This document shows positions 47,459 to 59,994 of a stretch of 64,000 bases of DNA, in pieces. Within the stretch, counting starts at the first letter, position 1. Each line of letters opens with the position of its first letter. The notes below the pieces were generated by a model. The model did no database searches, was not told where the DNA came from, and worked only from the letters and a program-made list of their open reading frames with translations. The position numbers and the translations under genes are program-made. Origin of the DNA: Phaeosaccion multiseriatum (lineage: Eukaryota > Protista > Ochrophyta, other classes); assembly GCA_965112735.1 (NCBI GenBank), contig OZ218950.1:6138001-6202000 (forward strand). Direction: 5' to 3'.

Positions 47459-49815
47459 GCTGCTGGCGCCTCAAAGGAAAGCGAAAGAGCGTCCCTTCGA
47501 AGTGATGCAACAAGTCACATCCGAAGAAGCAGTACGGCTTGAACTGGTCGGGGAACTGTCGCAGAAGACTCGTGTCCGTGAATCGCACTTTGATGCCCGG
47601 CCTCTGACTGGAGGCGCCGGGGACGAACTTGGTGTGAGGGTCTTGTGGTAAGCGTGGGTAGGGGTGGGTGAGAGAGGAAGAGGAGGGGGCATCGGGAAGG
47701 AAGATACAGGGGCGGGGGGAAGGGTCAAAGGTGGTTAATCATGATTTCAAGTACCTACGGCGGCGGCTGGGATGTGAAAAAAAAGATGAAGGGAAGGCGC
47801 GCAGTAGCAAGGAAGGTCACCAAAGAGGTAAGAGGAAGAGAGAGAGAGAGAGACACTGAGACCTACCACGCCGACTACTCACTCACTCACTCACTACTCA
47901 CTCACCCACACACGCACTCACTCACTCACTCACTCACTCCCTCCCCCCCCCTCCCTCACTCCCTCCCCTCCCTCACTCCCTCCCCTCCCCCCTCCCTCCC
48001 TCCCCTCCCTCCCTTCCTCCCTCCCTCACTCCTTCCGTCACTCACCAAACATGACGACATGATCTCCCGTTACGAAAGACGGAAGATCTGTAAAGTGGTA
48101 CACCGCATTAAAGCCAAGTCCAAAGCGGCCCGTCGTCGCCAACTTGTCCAGCTTAGACGCCTGTCCGATGTGAGCAAGGTTATCAAAGTCCCTCTCGGTG
48201 AATGTCGAGTCATTGTACACGTAGAGAGAGGGGCCCTGCCAGGCTGCCATCTGGGGGCCCAGCAAGGAAGCAGTGCCGTTGGTGCTCCGGCTGGTGGTGC
48301 TGAGCATGATTTTGACAGTGGTGGCGTTGGCGTCGTCCGCGTTTTGTATCAACTCGCTGAGGATTCCCGGACCCTCCGGGTACATTTCGAGAATGTGTCT
48401 CAACCGCCGAGTGAGGCTTTCCTGCTGTCCAAATGCTTCGCTCTGAATCGTCGCCCTCGATGCAGCACCATCACCAACGGCTGCTGCTGCTGCTGTACCA
48501 CCAACTGCTGTACCGTCGCCGCCGAGGCCAAGCCCGCCAAAGTCCAGCTTGGCCTGAGTGGTCTCCAGCAGCCTCCGCCTGAGACTCTGCACGCCTACCT
48601 TCTCCCCCACCCCCATGCTAATCTTGGGGTGCACAAACCGAATATTCGCCCCCCCGGCAAGCACTAGAGCCCCGCCTCCCTCACTTCCGTCACCATTACT
48701 AATCCCCCCCGGTGGGCTTCCCACCCCCACCCCCCCGGAGAGTCCGACCCCCCCAGCCTCCTTGGTGAGCCACGGGGCATCGTCGTACACCAGGCGGGTG
48801 GTCAACGCCAGTACCCCGTCGGCGTCAGGCGCAAAGATCTCCAAGTCCGAGGAGGAGGACAGTGAGTCACTGAGCACCTGTACCATGGCCACTGACAGGT
48901 CTATCTGAGATGCTGACAGAGGCATGTGGGTTGCCTGCTGTACCACCAACTGTTGCTGTTGGTGCTGCTGCTGCTGCTGCTGCTGCTGCTCACCCTGAGG
49001 CGCGGCGGTTCGCCCACCCCCGCTGTAGCCTAGCAGGGATGCCACCACCCCCGTCCCCGCCGCCGCCGCCAGCGTCCCGGAAAGGGAAGAAGAAGAAGCA
49101 GCAGCAGCAGCAGCACTAGCGCCCGCGCTGTTACCCTGCTGTCCTGGGCCTACATCGTTGCCCTGCTCTGCGAAGTCGGGCTTGATGACTCTTGTCTCGA
49201 TGGCCATTCGCCTCAGCACCTTGATGAAAAGGTGTGTGCAAGTCAAGGCAGGGTAGGGTAGGGTGGGAGAGGGTAGGTAAGCTTACGCTAGCTTAGGTAG
49301 TACGCTTACGGTAGCTTAGGTTAGATAAGGCGAAGGGTACGATATCGTGTGATGTCATGACTCGCTTACGTCTCACCTGGCAAAAATCCGAGGAGCCAAA
49401 GGCCTGCCTCACCCCGAACTTCCTCAGCAACAAGCCGAAGCAAGCAAGGTCTGGAGGCACGGCGTATAGATACGGCGTGGCGTTGGCCGGGCTGTTAAAG
49501 GCCATTCGCTCTGCCGTTACAAAGTCGTTACCCACCCACAACCACGCCTGTCCATGCAGAACCCCCAGGAGCTTGGCATACACGGCCTCTGCTGCTCCTG
49601 CTGCTGTACCACCAGCTCCTGTACCACCAACTGCTGTACCACCAACTGCTGTACCACTTCTTTCTATGGCGTTGCTCAAAGCTTGGTAGATGCGCGGTAC
49701 TACCCCGGCTAGGGTCTGTCGCGCTGCCTCCATGTCAATCTCCGTTCCAATGACTTTTGAGGTTGAGCTCGATCTCTCAGTAGCCCCGTCTCCTTGCTGC
49801 TGTATCACCAACTTC

Positions 49816-49855
<40 letters not shown>

Positions 49856-50148
49856 CACCACCACCACCACCACTACCATCCTCGGCCGCTGCGAGAGAGG
49901 AGAGAGAGCGGAACCTCAAGGCCAGCATCTTGGCCTGGAGTCCGATCACAGTTGGCGCAATGGGCCCACTCCATCCGAAGGCGTCAAGGACTTGAGGGTC
50001 CCTAACTTGCACCGCCACCGCCCCGAAGCGGCAGCTGCAGAACCACATATCTGCCAGCAGGCGGGCATCGCCAGGTGCAACCACCAAGCTCGACTTCGAG
50101 TTCACACTGGCATTCACATTTGACGACTGGGACTGTGAGTGCGAGTGG

Positions 50149-50181
<33 letters not shown>

Positions 50182-50606
50182 TGCGATAAGAGCGGAGTGG
50201 TAGCGCTGCCGCTGTTGCCGCCGCTGTTGCCGCCGCTGTTGCCGCCGCTATTGCCGCCGCTACTGCTGTTGGTGCTATAGCAGCGCAAGGGCATGAGCGG
50301 AGACGGCAACTCATTCAGAATCGGCACCCACGCAATGGACATGAGCCTCGAGAGAGCCATGAGGCGCCTGCGAGTGGCCTGTTGCCTCTCCTCCTCCGCC
50401 GCCGCATCATTGGCGATTAGCTTGGTCACTGCCTTGAAGAAGCCCAAGCCAGTGCCTGTGCGGGATGACGGCTGCTCCGGCTGAGGGAAGAGCCGGGAGG
50501 CGTGAGCGTCGAGGAAGAGAAGAAGGGCCTTCCCGCGTTCGAAGGCCAGGCGAGATTGACCGGTAGAGGCGAGGGATTCCACCCGTCGAGCGACCTGTTG
50601 GGGGTG

Positions 50607-50642
<36 letters not shown>

Positions 50643-53600
50643 GAGAGGTGGGGTAAGAGGAAGTGTGAAAGAGAGAATAAAGGGAGGGGGAAGGGGGGGG
50701 GAAGAGAGACGAAAAGAAAGGTCAGAAGGAACGGTGAACTTTTGTGCAGAAGACAAAAGTTTAGGCAAAGCACTTCACCGCCGCACCCTCTCTCCCTCTT
50801 CCTCGGCCCACACCCCTCCCACCCCTCCGTAGACGTGGAGCACTTGCTCCCTGGCCTATCCTCCCCCTCCTCTCTCCTCCTCTTTCTCGCTCCATCCTCT
50901 CTCGCGCCCTGTGTACCACCAACATGCTCACCTCGACAAGGTTGTCCCAGCCCAGCGTCTGCTGCAGCCCCAGTACCCTGAGACTCGGCAGCACCGCCAC
51001 CAAAGGGGAGGAGAAGGTGGAGGAGGGGAAGCAATCCATCTCCAGCAGCCCCAAGAGCTCTCCAATTTCGGGGTCGAACAGTTGGGAGACGCGCCTTAGT
51101 TGCACTTTCGGGGCTGACGACTGAGACCCACCCCCCGGCCGAGCCCCGGAAGACGCCGCGGCATTCACATCCTCTTCATCCTCCGCGCTCGCCTCTGCCT
51201 CTGTTGGAGGGGGTGGGTAGGTAGGTATGCACGCACAGCTCTGCAACAGGGGTCGCAGACGGCTGTCCTGCTGCTCCAGGTGGACAAAGTCTCGGAGGCA
51301 ACAGAGCACCGCTGCATCGCGGAGTCCGTCAGGGAGGAGAGAGGAGGGGGAGGACAGGCGAGGGAACAAGTGCTCCACGTAGAACGAGGCCCTGGTAAGC
51401 GGCTTCACCCCCAGTCCGAGGAGGAGGCGCCTCTCTTCTCCCATTCGAGCCTCCTGACGGGTGTATGCCTCCTCCCCCTCCTGCGCTGCTGACAGTGGTA
51501 TGTCTCCTCCTTCCCCACCGCTGATGCTGCTGCTGCTGCTGCTGCTACTTCTGCTGCTGCTGCCGTTGCTGTGCCCCATTTGGCTGCTGCTACCAATGTT
51601 GACGAAGCTCGGCCCCAACAGGCTGGCATTGGTCCAAGGTTGAGCAGTTGGTGACACCGAAGCACCTCCTCCTGCCTCAGCCACGCAATACACCAGAGGA
51701 TCCGACGACGTCAGGAGGTATAGTTGCCGCGCAGACGCCGCAGCAAACACTGCACCTCCCCCCCGTGCAGCTGTATCACCAACTGCTGAGGGCTGCTGGG
51801 CATACACGGGGAGGATGGGGAGGTCTCTCATAACCGCGACCTCTCCAACCTCGGCCTCAGCGACGGAGTCACGCGCGAGGTACATACGAAGCGCGCTTCG
51901 CTCGTCTGCAGTCGCCTCTGCGAACAAGCGATTGAACGGAGCGGATCCGCCCCCCCTCCCTCCGCCTCCTCCTCCTCCTTCGCCCTTCCCGATCCAGCCG
52001 GTGTTGCGCCTGGCTGTATCGAGGCAGGCCAGCAGTCCCCCTCGGGTGGGCTGTCGCACGTATCGAAACAGCTCCGGCGGCGGCACTAGTGCCTCAGACG
52101 TATCACCAACTGCTCCTGCTGTATCACCAACTGCTGTAGCACCTCCTGCTGCATCACCAACGGCTGAGGTGGAAGAGGAGAACAACCCATCCAGGAGGGT
52201 TCGAACCCCCGCCTTTCGCAGTAGAGCCACTACTCGCGGCTCCAGCAGCTGCTCGCCGGGAAAGAGCACCACAGACCTCAAACTCAAACTGCATACCAGC
52301 CCCTCGTTCGTTGGAACAATGGGCCATGATTCGGCGAAGTACTTAACAGCTCCGGGGCACCTCCTGGACAGATAAGCCCACAGCTGCTTGAACCAGAGCA
52401 CGCTGGGCTGCCGGGCCCTCCCAGGCGTCCACTCAAATGCCACTCCACTGTCATCCCCTCCTCCTCCTCCTCCTCCTCCTCCTCCTCCTCCTCCTCCTCC
52501 TCCTCCTTCCTTGCCTCTCCACTCCTCGGGCAAGCTCTGCCCCACCAGGTCGGCAAGCAGTTCGGGTCGTAGGCTCGACACGTTGAGCGCCGCCTGAAAG
52601 TCGGGGTGCCGAAACACACGCACGAGGCCTCCTGCTGGATCACCAACTCCTCCTCTTCCTCCTTCTGCTCCTCCTCCTCCTCCTCCCCCCCCTGCTGCTA
52701 CTGCTGCTGCTGCTGCTCTTGCTTCGTCCTCCTTCGCCCCCCCGCCTCCTCCTCCTCCTCCTCCTCCTCCTCCTCCTTCTGTATGTACTTTGGAAAGGTC
52801 AGCATCACTCACAAGCACGCAATGAGAGGTCCCTCCGAGCAACGCGGCCTCTTGGGCGTCCACCACAATATAGTCCGTATCTCCCCCCTCCCCTTCTCCC
52901 TCTCCCTCTCCCTCCTCCGAGTCTCCCTCGCTGAAGAGCCAATTGACGGCCTCATCCACACTCTTGTGTCTGCGAAGCGCTTTGGAGCAGCGGCCTTCGC
53001 TGAAGCCCATACTGTGGTTATAGTTTTAGTTTCAGTTTCAGTACGAGGGTGAAAATATGTACTAGTAACAAAGATGCAGCGGGCGGCAAAGAAAGGGGGA
53101 AAGGGTGGCATGCATCCTCCCTCTCTCTCTCCCTATCCCTCCCTCTCTCCCCCTCTCACTCTCCCTCTCTCCCTCTCTCCCTCCCTCTCTCCTCTCTCTT
53201 TCTCTCTCCCTCCCTCTCTCCCCCTCTCACTCTCCCTCTCTCCCTCTCTCCCTCCCTCTCTCCTCTCTCTTTCTCTCTCCCTCCGTCTCTCTCTCCCTCT
53301 CTCCCCATCCCTCCCTCTCTCTCTCCCTCCCTCTCTCCTCTCTCTTTCTCTCTCCCTCCGTCTCTCTCTCCCTCTCTCCCTATCCCTCCCTCTCTCCCCC
53401 TCTCACTCTCCCTCTCTCACTCTCTCTCCCTCTCTCTCATTCTCCCTCTCCCCCTCCCTCTCTTCTGGGTGTGTGCGCGGTGAAGAACTCTAAGAAGTGA
53501 GTGGTCGGCAGAAGAGAGGGGGGGATGGCGATGATAATCGTGTGGTGGGTAGGCAGATGGTGGCACATAGAAGTCGCTTGGGAGATGGTGGTAGATGGCA

Positions 53601-55937
53601 GGTCTCTCCTTACGTACGTAAGCAATCACCATTACGTAAACAAAGTACGTTTTAACGTACCTGCGTAACTGCTGCATCTGGGCCTCGTCCAAGGGGGGCA
53701 GACTCGCAAAGACTCCGTGCGTACCGTCGGCAAGTGGCACCAGGGGCAAGCCGTGCAGAGCCGTGAAGCGCTCCGAGCTACCTCTCCTGCTCCTGTTGGT
53801 GCTATTGTAGCCATCTATTGCCTGACCACCAGTTCGATTGCCGTAACTGCCGTTATTGCCGCCGTCGGAGGCTTCGGATGATCGATCATCCGAGGGCATG
53901 AGGAGGTCGGACAGGCAATAGCGCAGGAGGAAGATGCAGTTGGCTCGAGCATTGCTGTTGCTGGGGTGCACACACACAGTGTTCGAAGCGGAGGGGCGAT
54001 CCCTCCTCCTCCCGCTGCTGCTGGTGCTGCCATCTGTGACTGTGCCACTGGCTACGTTGGCAAGGTGGTTGCGGACGAAGGCGGGTGTGGCGGATTGCGT
54101 GCAGCAGCCGGAGGAGAGGAGATAGGCTTGGAGAGAGGGAGAGCAATTCACCAGAGGGACTCTGCCAGGTGCAGGAAGATGCATGGAGCAAGACGACGCC
54201 GAGGAGGAGGAATAAGAGGAAGAGGAGGAGGAAGAGGAAGAGGAGGAGGAGGAGAAGGAGGAGGAGGAGGAGGAGGAGGAGGAGGAGGAGGAGGAGGAGG
54301 AGGAGGAGAAGGAGGAGGAGGAGGAGGAGGAGGAGGGTGAGGGTAAATAGGGTGCAGAGAAGAAGGAGGATCTGCATGGCGGAGGGAAGGAATACACCGC
54401 AGAAGTCACCGCAACCCTAACACACTCACTCACTCACCCACCCACTCACTCACTCCCGAACTCACTCATTAAGTCACCCCCTCACAACCTTCCTCACTCA
54501 ACCCCTTTCATCATGCACTCCACCCACTTCCTCCCTCACTCAACCTACTCACTCACTCACCCTTCGCCGATGAGAATTCTCTCCAGCGTTGCCTCATCCG
54601 CGCGCCCTCTCCCTCCTCCCTCTCCCTCCCAAGCACTACCACTCAAACTCCCCAGCAGCACTGCATCCTTTGGCTTGATCCAAGCCCCTCCCCCCGCCTT
54701 ACTAAACAGCACAGGCAAGCACCGGAGCTCCTCCAGCAATGCCACCACACCGCCCTTCCACAGCCCTGTGGGACCCCCTCCTGTATCACCAACGCCCCCC
54801 GCCCCCCCACCACCACCTTCTCCTCCTCCTCCTCCTCCTCCTCCTCGCGGCCACAAGCCATCGTACGCCTCCCCTGGGCCAAGCTTGTCCCTGGCCTCCA
54901 GCAGAAGCCTGGCGTAGCAGGCGGACCCGATCTCCTCGACTAACGCCATATTCCACTCAGCACGGAGGCGACCTGGGGCCAGCAGTGCGCAGGGGTGGAT
55001 GGGTGGGTGGGTGTGGGGTGGGTGCGTGGGTGGGTGATTGGATTGGTGAGTGGAAGCCCTCCCCCTCTCTGCAATTGATTGCCATCGACTCACAGAACTC
55101 ACTCACTCACTCAACTCAACTCAACTCACTCACTCACTCGCTCCTCCCTCACTCACTCACTTACTCACTCACTACTCACTCACTCCCTCACTCACTCACT
55201 CACTCACTCACTCACTCACTTACTACTCACTCACTCACTCACTCCCTCACTTACCATCTCCCGCCATGTCGTCTCCGTACCAAATGTCTCTGCGATTGCT
55301 GCTCAGCTCAAAGTACCTGAGAGAGGGAGGGAGGGAGGGAGGGAGTGAGTGAGTGAGTGAGGGGGGGAGTTAGTGAGTGAGTGGGTGGGTGAGTGAGTGG
55401 ATGAGTGCGTGAGGGAGGGAGGGAGTGGGTGAGGGAGTGAGTGAGTGAGTGAGTGAGTGAGTGAGTGAGTGCGTCAGTGCGTGATGAGTGAGTGAGGGAG
55501 TGAGTGGGTGAGGGAGGTAGGAATTGAGTGAGTGAGGAAGGCAGAGACTGACTGCCTGACACCAGGCACTGACCCGTTGATGTGCACGGGCAGCTGCGTC
55601 TTGGTGGGGAGTGGCAGGAAGCAATACGCCTTCCCTTGCGTCAGCGCTAGTGCTCCTCCTTCTCCTCCTACCCGTCCACTGCCATCCTCTCTACGTAGCA
55701 TCGCCGCCACCCCTGCCCATGCGACGAACTTCATATGTGCATTCTGCGGGTCTTGAGCAATCGAGTTGGCCCTCGCTCCTCCCAGCTGGTTACACACCAT
55801 CCAGCTCTCTGTGATCTCTCCTCCTCCTTCTGCTGCTGTACCACCAACTTCTCCTGCTCCTCCTCCCTCCCCCCCCCCGGAACTCGATGAGGATGAAGAT
55901 GAAGATGATATATGGAGCTCAAAGTCACAGCACTCCA

Positions 55938-55974
<37 letters not shown>

Positions 55975-57417
55975 ACTGCTACTATTGCTAACCGCTCCTC
56001 CCGCTGCTCCACCCCTATGCACCACGGAACTCAACGCAAAGGATCTCAATCCTCGCAATTGCTCCGACGGATTGGACACCCTTGTGAGATGCATCTGCGT
56101 AGGTGCTTCCTCTCCCTGCCTCCACTCGCACACAGACAGGCTCTCCACGTTCTTAAGGAACAGAAGCATGCCTGTACTCTCACGGATAAAAGTGCCCAGC
56201 AGAGCCGTGATACTCTCCTCACTGTGGGGGAAGACAGGGGGGGGAGGGGGAGGGGGTGGGGGTGAGGGCGGGGGGAAGAGCGAGAGAGAGAGGGAGAGGG
56301 AGAGGCAGAAGGAGAGAGAGGGAGAGAGGGAGCCAAACGCGTGGGTGGGTGGGTGGGTGGGTGCGACTGCGGCTGTGTACGGATGGTGGTGGTATAGACA
56401 CAAGAGACGTGTATGTACGTACCTGTGATACTGCCGCGACAGCTTGGAGGCCCCCGCCTGCTGCTCCGTCCTCAGGGGAAAGCGAAACAACGTGCCGGGG
56501 AAGTGGCTCCTCAGATCGCAGCCAAAGGCCCTGAGGGGCTCGAACTGGTCCGAGAAGCGAGCGAATGTCTCCTGCAGAGGAGTGATGTCGTGGATGGGAA
56601 GAGCGAGAAGAAGAGAGGGGGGATAGTCGATTCGATCAGAGGCAACGTGGGGCGGGGCGGAGAGGGCAGGCCCATCAGTCTTCAGGTGCTATTGCTTTGG
56701 GACTTAAGTATAGAAGCTTCGACATACAATATCGACCCCATTAAAACAGAAAAGGACCCCCTATCCATCCCCCACCTGATGCTTGTCGAAGTCAAGCATC
56801 TTGCCGGGGTTGGCAGGATTGACATTGGGGAGGAAGCAGGCTTGAGGGTCGAAGGAGCACCATTTCCCGCCGCTCACAAAGGAAGGAAGGTCCGTCTGTG
56901 TGGGTAAGGGGGGGAGAGAGGGAGGAGGGGGGAGAAGGTGGGGGGGGGAGGAGGAGGAGGAGGAGGAGGGGGAGGAGGAGGAGGAGGAGGAGGAGGAGGA
57001 GGAGGAGGAGGAGGAGGAGGAGGAGGAGGAGGAGGAGGAGGAGGAGGAGGAGGAGGAGGAGGAGGAGGAGGAGGAGGAAGGGGGGGGGGGGGATAGGGGG
57101 AGCAGCTTTCTTGATTTAGTGTGTGCGCTGACTCCAGAAGATAAGAGCCGTCATCCCTCCCTCCCCCCCTCCTCTCGCCCTCTCTCCGCCCCTCTCCTCC
57201 CTCCTTTCCAATGCAGGACTAGGATGGCAATAGCCTGTGTCACCGCCCGCCGCACCAGATGGTAAGTGCTGTTCCAACCCACGCCAAAGCGCCCCGTCTT
57301 AGACCCCTTGGACGTCTCCTGTAGTGTTGTAGTGAAGGGGATCATGCAGGGAGCGGGGTGTTGTTTTGGTGTGGGGTAGAGGCAGAGTGAAGGTATTTGC
57401 TGCTACTACTACTACTG

Positions 57418-57462
<45 letters not shown>

Positions 57463-58208
57463 GTGAATACCGGGTCTCCCTTCCGCCTCTCCGGGCATAC
57501 CGAAGGGAAGAGATATCATCACTACTACCACGGTAGGGTATGGCTGTCAGAGAGAGGCTTAACTCAGGGGTCAAGAGGCCGCCAGCAAGAACAAAAAAAG
57601 TACAGTACCTTCTTGAGGGAGTCTCCAATGCGCTGAATGGACTTAAAGTCCGTCTCGGTGAAGACCGCACTGCAGGAGAATAGAAAGAGAGTACAAATGA
57701 AAAAGGATGAAATGCGTGGAGGGCTGTGAGGGAGAGGAATGGTGGGTATAGTCAGCACCCCCGCCTGCCGCTCTTGTCGCTCCGCCCCCAAAAGGCGAAA
57801 GGTGACGAACCTGTTGAAGGCGAGCAATGCAGGTCCCTGGAACTGCTTCAGGGACGCCGCCGGAAGCTTGGACGTGCCGTGCTCTCGCCGATCAAGGCAG
57901 AACATGACCTCTCTGGCTCCAGCATCGTCGGCGTTCTGGATCAGTTCCTTGAGGATGGAGGTGCCCTCAGGGTAGTTGCGCAGGATCTCTCGGATGCGGA
58001 CGGTCAGGTCGATCTTCTGACCAAAGTCGTCGCCTGTGTTAAACCAACCAAGCAACACAGCAAGCGCGGGAGAAGCCACGCAGTGTGAGGGCGGAGGGAG
58101 CAATGTCACCATGGAGGAGAGAGAGGGAAATCGGAGTAAAAAGGGGATCTTACCAAACCAATCTTCGTCCCGGCGCTCCTGCGGAGAAGGAGGAGGAAGT
58201 CCCTCCAT
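20451..58208 (-). CDS. Giant sacsin-like protein (plant-type architecture): three SRR/GHKL-like repeats, internal UBA, C-terminal RING; several dozen exons
   Basis: Exon 1 is 58208-58154. SRR1: [38 protein letters not shown]...QGPALLAFN...[15 protein letters not shown]...TLFRFPLRT...[10 protein letters not shown]...[22 protein letters not shown]2 from ~48435: [39 protein letters not shown]...[22 protein letters not shown]. Degenerate SRR3 from ~36520: [13 protein letters not shown]...QGPSL...[16 protein letters not shown]: [30 protein letters not shown] (~53690-52930). RING: [24 protein letters not shown]...CPFC (20820-20520). Stop at 20451-20453. Confidence 0.92.
29020..29480. repeat. Intronic minisatellite (~25-29-bp units built on CCCAACCAGTGTCAGATAGAC)
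   Basis: Directly visible tandem units in a sacsin intron, beginning next to the donor at ~29477. Confidence 0.9.
29690..29885. repeat. Intronic minisatellite (~32-35 bp, GTCAATGAAGAGAGGCGTATGGGCAGA-G-run-TTAA), about 5 copies
   Basis: Directly visible. Confidence 0.9.
37350..37540. repeat. 23-bp intronic minisatellite CTGACACCCACCCACCCTCTGTC (array 1)
   Basis: Directly visible; starts at the donor of a sacsin intron. Confidence 0.9.
46535..46855. repeat. 23-bp intronic minisatellite CTGACACCCACCCACCCTCTGTC (array 2)
   Basis: Same unit as 37350-37540, again abutting an intron donor (~46860). Confidence 0.9.
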
Positions 58209-58409
58209 TGGACTCCTCTCCCTTTGTGCTCTCTACTTCTTTTTATCCCTCTCTATCTTGTCGAAATATAAATATAATTCCCTGGCTTCAAGAACCTAAA
58301 TTCAAATTCAATTCTTTTCTCTCCTTTTCTCTTTTCTCCTTTTCTTCTTTCTTTCCTTTTTTATTTTTATTTTCCTTCTTTTCCTCTTGAAGCCAGATAA
58401 CTGTCTGTG

Positions 58410-59754
58410 TTATTGTGACCCTGACTCAACTCCTCTCTCACCCCTTCCTTCCTTTCCTTCCCCTCCTTCCTCCAGTTGCCTCCCTCCCTCCCCGCCCTCC
58501 TCTAAGGGCACGCGACCGACCTCTTCTCCTCGCCCCCCACCCCCCTCCCTTCCCTCCCGCCTCGCCCACAGCCCTCTCCTCCTCCTGGCCTTCCTTGCTG
58601 CTGCCTCTCTCCCCTTCCCTCCACTGCCATCCCCGGCTCCGACCATGCTGCACAGCTCCAGAGCCTGCGTGCCCTTGAGAGCCTTTGCCACAGCCTTCCA
58701 ATTGCTCACGCGGGCAGCACAGCTCCCAAAGTGCAGCTTCGTGATCGTGTCTTCCATCGCCTGTTGTTGTTGTTGTTGTTGTTGTTGTTGGGTGTCGCAC
58801 GACGGAGCGACGGGGACGAAACGAAGAGCAACAATAAGAAGAACATCGGCGAGGAAGAGGATGGCCCTGGAAATTAGCTTGCTTCCCACAAAGGGCATCT
58901 ATTTCGGTCTCGGTCTCCTCCTTTCCCTCTCTTCAGATGCCCCAAAACAACATACACACGCACACACACACATGGAATAATGAAAGCAATGCAGTGTGGG
59001 CAGCACCGCCCCCTCTCAATCCAACACGGCACACCGAAGATACATACCTGCATTGACACGCCGAGGAAGGCCTGAAGAGAGCGGAAGTATCTGAAGGCAA
59101 GAGGCAACAGCAGAGGCACGCACGCGCACACCCATGCACAGCCAGCAACAAGAAGACGAAGTGGGGTATATATAAGCCCCACACGAAGGAAGAGGCGGGG
59201 GGGGGGGGGGAGGGGTTCTTTAAAGTCAGCTCAAATCAACTCAGGGACTTAAAACCCCTCCTCTCCCCCTTCCTTCCCTCTCCTCCTCCACCTCCTTCTC
59301 CTCCTCCTCCTCCTCCTCCTCCTCCTCCTCCCTCCCCCTCCTTCCCCTCACCTGTCGGCGCTGCTGCCCGTCAGCAAGTGATAGTGCAGCTCCATGTAAG
59401 CCACCCCCCGGGGATGTTGAAGGAAGAGTCTCCTCACGGCCTCTGCCTCCGACTCTACAAGGGATACATACGTTAGGGCCATGTATTCACTCACATGGAT
59501 GGCCTGAGGAAGGGGAGGGGGGGGGGGGGAGTGGAGGGAAGGAGGGAGGGGAGGGGGGGAAGGAGGGAGGGAGGGGAGGGGGGGAAGGAGGGAGGGAGGG
59601 GAGTGAATGAGTGAGTGAGTGGGTGAGTTGAGTCAGTGACACAGAGAGAGAGAGCGACAGAGAGAGATGAGTGTGTGTGTGTGTGAGAGAGAGAGATGAG
59701 TGTGTGTGTGTGTGTGAGAGAGAGAGAGAAAGAGAGAGGAGAGAGAGAGAGAGA

Positions 59755-59793
<39 letters not shown>

Positions 59794-59957
59794 GCGGCTT
59801 GCTCTGACCTTGCTATTGGAGCCCAGCGTGGCAGGGACGCTCGTGTCGTTGGTGCGTATCCGCTCCTCCGCAGGGTCTCGGAAACCTCCGACACCGTGAG
59901 CAGTGGCGTCGATTGCCTTCCGGGGAGAGGAGAGGAGATGAGATGAGATAGAGAGAG

Positions 59958-59994
<37 letters not shown>

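Noticed and set aside
20451-58208. Many separate genes suggested by the ORF track
   Set aside because: The minus-strand segments are bounded by splice sites and follow sacsin domain order, so they are exons of one gene. The plus-strand ORFs are antisense shadows.
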